64,000 bases of DNA from Tricharina praecox (Eukaryota), in contig NW_026250427.1 in NCBI RefSeq assembly GCF_024521635.1, positions 1-64,000 of the forward strand. The letters are read 5' to 3'. Positions 13,106 through 23,800 of this stretch are shown here, one piece after another. The notes under the pieces were generated by a model. It worked only from the letters and a program-made list of their open reading frames with translations. It did not search any database and was not told the origin of the DNA. Within the stretch, counting starts at the first letter, position 1; every line of letters begins with the position of its first letter. The translations under genes and the position numbers were made by a program.

Positions 13106-14312
13106 CTAGACCCTCCACTTCTGGTCAGGAAACTTCCAGCCAGCCTTGTAGTTGGCCATTCTCAGCTCCTCCATCGACATGCCCATCCACTCGGGCGACA
13201 TGCAGATGTTCTGGTAGACGACGGGGGGAATGACGGGATCAGGCGAGGCGTAGTACACGCCCTCGAGGCGGGGGTGGAAGGCGGGAGTCACTGGAGCGCC
13301 CCTTCTAGACGTGTACCTGTTGGCGTCATTGATGTCACTGGCGTCGTCGTCGTCCTGCGTGGTGTTCGCATCGAAGAATGTCGGCGGAATACCCATCTGC
13401 CATTGATAGTGCGTGTCCTGGCTGAAGGTGGGACCCGCTCCGGGAGGTGATGGATCACGGGTAGTGAAGTTACTGAATATGGTGGGAGCATCGATAGTGT
13501 CGGGCCAGTTGGGAGCGACGGTCGTCGAACTCGAAGCCGAAGGGCCGCTTCCGGTCCCCCAAGGACGTTTCGGAAACAGAAACGGGTTGTCCTTGATATT
13601 GTTGCAGGTGGCTGCAACAGTCGGGTCGGAGCTGGATGGAGCGACCCTCTGGTCGGGAAATCTCCAGCCGGCCTCGTAGTCCGCCAGCCGAAGTTCCTCC
13701 ATCGGCACATCAGTGCATGCAGATGGAGCGGTTTGGCTAGCTGTGTTTCCGGCCGTGTTGGTCGTGTTTCTGGCAGTGAGAGGCATACTGGAGCCATCCT
13801 CCAAGTTTAGCGCTTCCAGCGCTTGAGTGATAGTCTGTATCTTGCAGACAGGAACTTCGAAAGGCGGCATGGTGATCGCCATGAAAACGTTAGTGGGGAG
13901 TAGTACTCCCCAGAGCGCAGCTAAGGCTGCGCCGTACGCTTTCAGCTCGATCGGCTCGGCGGGAGTAGCGGAATCTGCACGCATCGTCAGCGTCAAGCAA
14001 GTGTATATATAGGAAATCAATACTCTACGTACCCTTGAAACCCTCAGCGGAAGTAGCCGCCTTTCCCTCCTCTACCGGCATGCTCTTCGCCGACTTGAAG
14101 ATTTCATCCCAATCCGCATACACTTCCTGAATCGGCTCATGGTACCGGTTGAGGATCATATCGATATACGCATCGTCGCGTTCGTCCGTCGGCGGCGGAC
14201 GGCTTCCCGGCTTCGGGGCTCTGTTGTTGGGAAATAGGGTGGACATGAAGGTGGCGGCGGTGGTGGGGGTAGGGATGATACGTAAATCGTTATCGGTGTT
14301 GGGATCAGCCAT
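13106..14312 (-). CDS. Hypothetical protein with C-terminal GLEBS-like motif (copy 1)
   Basis: Exons 14312-14033 and 13974-13106 (GTACGT..CTGAC..CAG intron). Ends YQNICMSPEWMGMSMEELRMANYKAGWKF; extra internal MEELRLADYEAGWRF. Confidence 0.7.
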
Positions 14313-15712
14313 TTTTAATGGTGTGAATTTGACGTGGTGGAGTGGGGAGTGAGTTATCGTGACTTGAGGAGTGTTGGTGGTTGAGGAAGAGGAAGATGAG
14401 TGGTGGTGGTGGAAGAGGAAGAGGAAGACGAGCGGTGGTGGTGGAAGAAAAATGGGAGTGGTGGTGGAGGAGGAGGAGGAAGAGGAGAGAAGGGAAAGCC
14501 AAGAGAGAACCCCGAAAAGGGAAAACGAAACTTACTTACCTATCTACGGAATTCCAAGTCAACACATCACCATCACTCGGCGAATAGGCACAGGCTAGCC
14601 AATACTAGCCAACAGCCTTGGTGCCCAGTCGACTGGAGTTCAGGGCAGTCACGGAGACGGAGACGGGGGAGGGATGGCGGTGTACCTATGTAGGAGAACT
14701 ACATATCTTGTTGACATGCTCGGGAGGAGGAAGGAGGTGTTAGAGAAGGTTTGAAGTTTCTAAGGAGATAGGGTGAGGGTGAGGGTGAGTGATCGTCCGT
14801 GCTTGGGTATGGCGAGGGGAACTTGTGTAAGTAAGTACAGGCGTACAGGCGGGGCTGATGTGCTCTGCCTGGTTACTGATAACGGCGCTTGGGAGTCTTC
14901 TAAGCTAGAACTCTGAACGACTCCTCTAGGTACCTTCTCAATATCTTGGACGACGATGAATGTAGCGGCCGGCATGGGTAGGACTAAACCCGAAGTTCAT
15001 GCAGCTCAGCAGCGCTCCTGCGGGCCACATTCATCACTCGTGGCGAATATCGCCAAAAAAGCCGTACCATCCCTCATCCCCAAGCGCGGATCTGTGGATC
15101 CGTGTCCCCGTGTCCCCGTGGCTTTGTCTTTGTCTTTGTCTTATGTCGCCGCAGCTTCTGTGTTTGCAACTGCTATTTGACATTGCTATTTGACATTGCT
15201 ATTTGATAATTCCATGACGCCAGCTGGAGTCTAGACTGTACGTGATGTGCGCGCGGGTCGACGACGAATGACAAGTCATCTATCTATCCTCCCTTCCGCA
15301 GTTCACTCGTCCCGTTCAGATGGATTTAGAGCTGGATTTAACTAGAGCTGACTCCCAAGTATAGTATACCTAGTATAAGGTTGGGTCTTGTACGTATTCT
15401 CTTGACAAGTTGACAAGGTGATATGTTGACAAAGCCTTTGGTGGTTGTACGGAGACGGAGATGTAGAACGCGAAAAGGCTGTGGACTACGGGCGGGGGGT
15501 GGGATTGGGGATTACAATGTACTATATAGTAGCACGCCCGTATGTCACAGTGGGGAAGGAAGGTTGGAGGGTTGGAAGTTATGGCAGGTTGTTACGACTA
15601 CAATATCACTACCTAGGTATTACAAATAATGAGGTCGTTAAGAGAAGTAAAAATCTATCCGGTATCTCGTACTTTTAAAAACGAACAAACTCGCAACCAA
15701 GTCCCCCCCCCC

Positions 15713-16760
15713 CTACCTCCACTTCTGGTCGGGAAACTTCCAGCCCGCCTCGTAGTCGGCTATTCTCAGCTCCTCCATCGACAAATCAGCCCACTCGAGC
15801 GAAATGCAGATGTTCTGGTAGACGACGGGGGGGATGGCGGGATCAGGCGAGGCGTAGTACACGCCCTCGAGGTGGGGGTGGAAGGCGGGAGACACTGGAG
15901 TGCCCTTTCCGGACGTGTGAGGTGATGGAATATTGATAGTGGAGTCACCAGATATGATGGGAGCATCGATAGTGCTGGGACAGTGGGGAGCGATGTTCGT
16001 CGAGCTCGAAGCCAAAGCCGAAGCGCCGCTTCCGTTCCCCCAAGAACGTCTCGGGAACAGAAATGGGTTGTCGTTGATATTGTTTGAGGTGGCAGGAAAA
16101 GTTGGCTCGGAGCTAGATGGAGCGGCCTGGCTGTTCTTGTTGGCCGTGTTTCCGCCGGTAGTGAGTGGCATACTGGAGCCATCACCCAGGCTAAGCTCTT
16201 CCAGGGCTTGCGTGATAGTCTGAATCTTGCAGATAGCAATCTGGAAGGGAGGCTTGGTGACCGCCATGACAAAGTTAGTAGGGAGTACTCCCCAGAGCTT
16301 AGCTAAGGCTAAAGCATACGATTTCAGCTCGGCGGGAGTAGCGGGATCTGCACGCATCACATCACAGAGGGCGTCAGTGTCAATCAAGTGTATATATACG
16401 AATTTATTACTGTATATACGGACCGTTCATAACTCTATCGTAGATAGATTCCATTTCTTCCTTCGTGGCGTCATCCACCTCCGCATAAATTTTCGAATAC
16501 CACACCTTGTCCTGCATGTAGAGCATCGCGAGAAGCACATTGTTATCAGTTAAGTCCGGCTGTGGCGGGCGGCTTTCTGGCTTTAGCGCGGCGGTTTCGG
16601 CAGCCTCGTCAGATGGGTTCGGGCGCAACTTGGGGAATATGGAGGACCTGGAGGAGGGGAAGGTCGGGCCGAAATTGGGGAATATGGAAACCCGGGTGGA
16701 GGGGGTGGTCGAGGTGGTCGAGGTGGTAGGCGAATCGTTATTGGTGGCGGGATGGGCCAT
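15713..16760 (-). CDS. Hypothetical protein with C-terminal GLEBS-like motif (copy 2, paralog of 13106-14312)
   Basis: Exons 16760-16424 and 16347-15713, same intron position and phase as copy 1. Ends YQNICISLEWADLSMEELRIADYEAGWKF. Confidence 0.7.
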
Positions 16761-17350
16761 TTTAATGGTGTATATGTAATGTGGTGGAGTGGAGAGTGAG
16801 TTATTTTGATTTAAGAAGTGGTGGTGGTGGTGGTGGTGGTGGTGGAGGACGAGAAGTGGCGATGGTGGTTGAGGAAGAAGAATTGTGGTGGAGGAAGAAG
16901 AGTTGTGGAGGAGGATGAAGTGAGTGGTGGTGGTGGAAGAAGAATGGCGGTGATGGTGGAGGAAGAGGAATGGCAGTGGTGGAGGAGGAAGAGGAGTGGG
17001 AGGAGAAGTGAAAGAGGGAAACTCGAAAAGGGAAAACGAAACTTACCTATCTACGGAATTCCAAGTCAACACATCACCATCACTCGGCGAATAGGCACAG
17101 GCTAGCCATACTAGCCAACAACCTTGGTGCCCAATCGACGACCCCAACACCCACACACACAGCATCGATCAGGCACTACATAGCTCAACACGACTCATTG
17201 CGTTGGAAATATGCGGTAGCAAAGTACATCAGAAATGCATCCAGACGATGATGGCCTAGGTATGCAAGAGATATAGACCTACGTAGCTTTTTACGAAAAG
17301 AGAGTACTAGACACATATCGCCGTGCAGGCAGCCAGCCACAGCGTTTTCG

Positions 17351-17664
17351 AAGAGAGAGATTTTCAGTTTATTTCGCATGCAGCCTATCTAGACTATGGC
17401 GAACCGTCGCACTTCTTTCGTGCCCACTCTGGCCGGCCGCTATCAGCCAGCACGATGTGGCGCCGCTGCCTGCCAAACAAAAAACATAGGAAACCGCACC
17501 AGGACATATAGGTCCCGATGCGATGCTTTCCTCCTCCTCCTCCTCCTCCTCCTCCTTCCCCTTCTTCAGGTCTGGTGGAGCTTTCCTCCCCGTCGTTCCT
17601 AAAAACTCTAGGATTACCTCTCTGCACTGTTCATCAGCGAACAACCCCACTATCGACAACCTCT
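17351..17664 (-). mobile_element. 5'-truncated non-LTR retrotransposon (LINE, Tad1-like) 3' end with 16-bp target-site duplication
   Basis: Perfect direct repeat AGCCACAGCGTTTTCG at 17335-17350 and 17665-17680. Minus strand reads SIVGLFADEQCREVILEFLGTTGR (resembles a fungal LINE ORF2 C-terminus) and ends in AATAAA followed by a short (TC)n tail. Confidence 0.75.
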
Positions 17665-18491
17665 AGCCACAGCGTTTTCGCAGCAGTAAAACATGGCAGT
17701 GAAACAAGCAAACGAGTGACCCCCAATGAAGAACACACGTGATAATCAACATTGAACAGGATGGATATTATGAAGGGTTGAAAGAGTTGCGGTGACGCGG
17801 TGATGTTTCTTCTACATAAAGGATTCGGTGGGGTTCTAATAGGCCAGCCACTGCATGGTTTGACCAAGAAATTTTAGAAAGTGGCAGTCGACTGGCGTTT
17901 AGGGCGGTCACGGAGACGGAGACGGGGAGGGATGGCGGTGTTCCTATGTAGGAGAGGAGTCATACAGAATCTACAGGGTGCTGGTGGGTATGATACTGTC
18001 ACCACCACGAAACAATGACCAGGAAATGGCCAGGAGGAACCGCAATGTGTGCGTATCATACGGCGAATTCGGAATAAGAGCCGTGTGACCACCTGTGACA
18101 GATATGCCAGATCATCCAACACCGAGTGCTAGGATATGATTACAATTGATCCCCCATCGCTCCGCCCCCCCCATTGCCCCAGTGCTCCGAATGCACCTCA
18201 CGCTCGATGATCCCCACATACACACACGGCCTCCAATTACGTTACAATCCAGCTCCCAATTCGAGCTGAATGAAGCAAGCAAGCAAGAACAAACAAGACA
18301 AAGCAAATAGACGGTCGGATAAAAACGTGACCGATAATGCTCCTAAACTCCCAGACTCCTAAAAAAAACAAAAAAAAACAACTCTATACTCCAAAACACC
18401 CAACTCCATTCCTTTTCCTTCCCAAAACCCCCAGCAACCACATCCCCATCCACGCCACGCTTCAGTACCACGTCCACAGCGATAACAGGCA

Positions 18492-20865
18492 CTAATACCC
18501 GCCTCCCTTCGCCGGGCTCTTCCTAACATAGACCTTCAACCACCTAAAGGCAGTATTATGTCTCCTACACTCCTCCATGATGTCCTCATCCATCCAGACG
18601 TCATTCTCATAATGTCTTCTCGGCTTATCGCCTCTCGACTCCTCATCGCGGTCCTCTTCTGGTCGTGGACAATACAGCTCGTCGTAGAGGTACCTTCCGA
18701 TGCTGGAGGTGACGGAGCTGAGCTCGTCGCCCGCCGACGTCGCCGGCATCCACATCCACACCTTGCTCACGTCGGTGAACCCCGCCTCGCGCAGCGTCGT
18801 TAACACCGTCTTGCTCGGCATGATGTCGAAGCTGCGCGGGTGCGCGGGGTCGGACAGGATATGGTCGAGGATCCATGCGCGCAGCTTCGGCCCCATGTCG
18901 TTCAACACCGGGTCGAGGATCGAGAGTTCAAGGTAGCCGTCGTGCTTCAGCACTCGGTGGCACTCGAGGATCAGGGGGAGCCAGCCGTCTTTGCTGATTA
19001 GCGAGGGGAGGAACCGCGATGAGATCACGTCGATGGAGCCCGTGGCTAAAGGGGAGAGCGTAGTGTACCCCGCTGGGATCTGCACGCGCCGTTGGTTGGA
19101 GGGTGAGGCGTGTTCGCACGTGAGGGGCGACACGGGACTGTTGAGGCTGCTGGACCCGCCCGAGGTTATCACGTGGATGATGGCGTCTGGGTACTCGCGC
19201 GATGCGTGCCAGGCCCAATCCGCTGGGTTGGGGGTTAGCAGTGAGCGCGGAGGGGACTGGCGGGGAGAGTGGGTTACCTATTGCGGGGCCGTCGATATCG
19301 AGCACGCGCAGCTCGTCGCTACTGGTTCTTGGACGGCCATCTCCATCAACGCCATTGAGTCGCAGTAGGTGGTGACCGGGGGAGAACAGGATGCGGCCGA
19401 AGTAGAGCCACTTGACGGCCATGAGAAACCACGCGCGTTTCTTGAGCACAGCTTTCGAGTCCGCTAGTTCGTCGTCGAGGACCACCAAGTTCCCTGGGTG
19501 CGGCAGGTGCGTGCTCGAGCCGGCAAAGCTGGCATTGCTGGGCTGGTAGTCTTCGTCCTTCGCGTAGCCAAATATCTTCGGCGTCGATTCGAATTCGTCG
19601 ATGAGGGAGGAAAATACATCCAGCAGGAGCATCGATGGAGGCGTGTACGAGCACTCGTCGTAGCCATTGGTCAGCCCGTACGGTAGTCCGCCGTCCCGCA
19701 GTGGCCACCTATCCCGTGAGTGGACGGAAGGCGGATTGGATTCGGAGGCATTATCATCCGGATACCGCGATGAGGTGAAGGATGGTCGGGTTTCTTGAGA
19801 CGAGAAGGAGTGTCGTCGAGAGGAACTAGGTCCGAAACCAGGAGGAAATGCTGGCGAGCGCGGTTCGACGACTGGAGCTTTCGCGCCGAAGAGGACACGA
19901 TCGGCCCATGTGGGAGTGGGTAAGGTTCCCACTGTAGACCACGTCGCGGAGGATTCAAGGGTGAGGATCGTTGCGTCGCTCACGTTACGAGGGCGAGGGC
20001 GGGAAAAATTCGAGGAGGAGACCGAGGCCGAGCGGGTCCGCGACAATCCGCGGTCGGCTGCAAGCCACGGCGAAGCCGGAGGTTCGAGCTTATAATCACC
20101 GGGGGAAGGAAACCGAGAGAGCGGTTCCAGAAGAGGAGTCATGCCGGGACTCATACGCGGACTCATACGAGGACTCATACGAGGACTCGTTAGAGGTTCG
20201 CCTTTAGGGAACTGGCGCGGTGGTGCTGCTGCAAGCTGCGGCGAAAGCCTGGGAGATCTGTTAGGAAAGAATGACTTCTTCTTCCTAGACGGCACTGCCG
20301 ATGCGGAGGACGCGCTCGACCTCCGACGGGAAGCGGAATCATACAATTGAAGGTGGAAGTCGGAACCATTGGCAAAGACATCCAGGTACGGCGCGTCATT
20401 CTGCTTATAGTCCGTGTCCAATTGCTGCGACTGCTGCAGTTTCCTCTCGCGCTTCTTGGCATTCCTCTGCTCTTCCGTCTGAGCATCGGGCTTGAAAAGC
20501 CTCATGGGATTGTTACGATCCAATATGGTTCCAAGCTTCGGTCTCGCCGGCGCCCGCGGCGGGGAAGCGGAATAGCCATCGGAGATGGCAGGTACCGGAG
20601 GCAGGGAGTCACCCGATGACGACTGCGTGCTGGCCGACTGGATGCTATTCGTTCTGGACGGGTGTGGTCCGTTGACGAAGGAAGCCGTACTGGCATCGGG
20701 TTCGAGAGGGGTGTCTGTGGGAATGATCTGCTTTTTGGCTTCTTTCCAGGAGGCAGCGGGAATAATACCTGCGTCCCGTGCTTGGTCCAGGTTCTTGCGC
20801 TCGGTGACGTACTTGTCGCGGACTTTCTCGTGCTGGAGATTCTTCTTGTAGAGGAAGTGCGCCAT
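18492..20865 (-). CDS. Ser/Pro/Arg-rich protein with C-terminal class I SAM-methyltransferase-like fold (conserved fungal family)
   Basis: Exons 20865-19278 and 19222-18492; AVKWLYFGRILFSPGH, VLDIDGPAIADWAW, GSIDVISSRFLP, ECHRVLKHDGYLELSILDP. Confidence 0.75.
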
Positions 20866-23800
20866 GACTGCTTGCTTAGTAGAGTTTAACAATTGCGAGA
20901 GGGCATGCAACGGAAGATCGGAGCGATGGAGAGGGAGAGAAGTCCGCGAACGAGGCAGAGCAACTCAGTCCGTCTGCTGTCGATTTGTCGGACTGACGGA
21001 CTGTCGGAATTTCGGACTGTCGGTCTTCTTTCTTCTTTCTTTCTTGGGCCATCCTTTGCAAGGACTCGGGCTCGATTATAACACCCTGCGTACCGCAGAA
21101 ACCTCACGGAATAACAAATACACCCCACGCTCCCACGTTCTCGTGTACTGGCTGCTGGATTCCAGGTTCTTGCCCGGCCATCACCACCGCGGCTCCTTCC
21201 GACACTCGGTGGACTACCAGTACCGTGCACGTTGCCCTGAAGATCCCTCTGATTCGTTGGGCGCTTGCAAGGAAGGACGATCTCACGCCTCTGATTTGCT
21301 GAAGCGAGAAGTGGAAGTACGGCTAACTAAGTACTAGCATTTAGCAGTTAGGACCAGTTGGTTAGTTTAACCTGTATTTTTTTTAACTGCGGGACAGAGC
21401 AGGCAGCTGTCATCGCACAACGCACACACGGTGGAGCAGCCAGATGGGCTTCGTCAGGAACGTCGCACACGAGCACCCGATGATTTCCATGACCCGAGAG
21501 ATGCCGCATCGCACGTGGCACAGGGAACCCCCTCCATTCATGTCTCCGACTCAAGATGCCGGCCCCTTCTCTCGTATATGGCACTTTTCCCGACTTTCGT
21601 TCAGAGTGCGCACGGACTCCCGTCACCAAGGACCGAATGTCTTAAGCAGCGTCTGGCACTCCAGTGAACTCCCTCTTTGGAAAGCCTCACCGAAACCATG
21701 CCCCCTTCGCCGGCCTACACCGGAAGTCCTTCAGTGCGGATCACGATGCAACCCACCCAGGTACTTACCGATCGTCCGGATGGACTTGTCGTTCCTTGGC
21801 TTCCGATGACACATCCGAGTGACCCCGATGGACCGTATGCGCTGTTGCTCGCTGTAGTTATCCCGACGAACAGGCTTCGGCGCAGTACATATATACTCCT
21901 CCCTCGAAATCGAAATCTGTATGTACTCTGACGGCCCATCTCAGCATCGATTCGAAGGTTGATTCGCCATCGTCCAGCTTTTCGAGTGGTACCTCGCCCA
22001 CCCTCTCGGTATGTGCTTACCGTAGGTACCGGTATCCTTCGACAGTCCGTAAGGCTGAAGGTCTGAGTACGGCCCCGGATATAGTTTTGTTCTCGAGTCC
22101 CGGAGCGTGAATATACATGCCGGCGTCGGATGAACCTCGGAAAAACGACACCGACCCTCTCGGCTGGCCCGATGTTTACTCCGAGACTAACCAGCACGAT
22201 ATCTCCCCCGTGCCTGACGCCTTGCCCGAGCCAAGCCTATAGTACTGTACACACTGGTAACCAGCTGTGCCAAGAGACCGACAGGACTCCTCAACGAACG
22301 CGAACCCATGGGCTTTGGTTTTGGCTCCCACGTTTCCCGTGCCGAATATCGATACGATATCGAAGTGCTCTAGATGATCCTTAGACCGGCACTACCTTGA
22401 ACAGGAAGAAGAAAAAAACATCATCAGGGGAGGGGGGGAAGGGCAAAGAACCCGAATGCCTGCCCATGGTGCTTGTCAGTCAGGGCACCACCCAGAGTCC
22501 AGTTGCAACCATCGAGCCACGCAGGGCTAAGTTAGTTACCTAGTTAGTTAGCCCGTGTGAATCGTAGATCCTTCGCGAACACTTCCTTCAACACTACGGG
22601 CCACAGGACGAGACTGGTATGTAAATGTGGTACATATGGTACATTTCGCCACCCCTAGGATCCAGATTTCAGCCGTAGATACCATAGGTGCATGCCCAGT
22701 GCCCACGTCCCGTCTCGTCTCGTCAAGCGAGGTGGTCTGGATCAGATTTCCCGGTTACAAGCGGGGGGATTGGGGAATTGGGGGCTTTCTTGACGGCTGA
22801 ATGCAATTAATTGATTTGCGTGCGTGCGTGTGTGGGGAGGGGGGTTCATTCTTGGGTACATATGATAGGTACAAATCTACATATGTGGAGAGGGAGGTTC
22901 TGACTGGTCGGCTTGCTCGTGTTGGCCAACACGTGGGGCCCCGGGGGCCGGGACCGAGTGAGTGCCTGTCTGCCCCAGTCGTTATTCTAGAGTAGGTTCA
23001 CGGAATTCTTCCGCTCGTCGATACGGTATTCTCCCGCAATTAACTACTATGGTAGAGTAACTACCGTAGGTAGATAGAGTGCATACTCGATGCGAGCTGA
23101 GCTGAGATGTCTTTGCTAACTAGAGTAAAGTCATCTGCACCCAGGGAGATTCACTCCACTCCACCCCATAGTAGTTATCGGGGGGTTTTCTCCCACCTCC
23201 GTAATATCAATGCAAGCAAGCAGATATCGATGGCTCGGGATCCAACCACCAGTGGAGGTTCCCTGCACGTGGGGGGGGACTGTGGGAAGTGGTACCCTTC
23301 GGCGAGAAACATTGGGAACCGATGTCGTACCGAAAGAACGAAAGAACGAACGAAAGAACGAACGAACGAATGCAAAAGAAGATCACCATAGTCCTTGGCG
23401 ACCGCGATCGGGAAAACTTTTGACGCACGTACGCGCCGCACCGCGCCTGCCTGTGCTAGTAGTGATGGGCACAAACTTACGGGCATTGGCTTTTGGAACC
23501 TGCGTGGGCTGCTGTTTTGTTTTTTTGTTCCATCATACTTGCATTCTGTCTGTCCGGACCACGGCGGTGACGACTGACCTGTGCTGCGGTCTGTCAGTAA
23601 ACCAGCTATCTACCATACCTAGCTCAAACGGTCGTCGAGTGATGGGTTGAAGAGGGGCGTGTTCGTCGCGTTGGATGGAGTGGACGGATAGAACTCATCG
23701 TACAGATCGATGCCGATATCTCACAAAAAGCTTCGGAAGACGCTCCGTCCCGTCTGCAATAACGGGGGAATTAAGGTATGTACGCATACCTATCCGGGAT

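Larger units (their letters stand above)
12893..17957. repeat. Tandem segmental duplication (~12893-14698 and ~15497-17957) including gene, promoter and terminator
   Basis: Shared blocks: GTATGTCACAGTGGGGAAGGAAGGTTGGA (~12927/~15540), GGTATCTCGTACTTTTAAAAAC (~13042/15661), TACCTATCTACGGAATTCCAAGTCAACACATCACCATCACTCGGCGAATAGGCACAGGCTAGCCA (~14537/~17044), and GTCACGGAGACGGAGACGGGG...CCTATGTAGGAGA (~14648/~17907). Confidence 0.9.
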
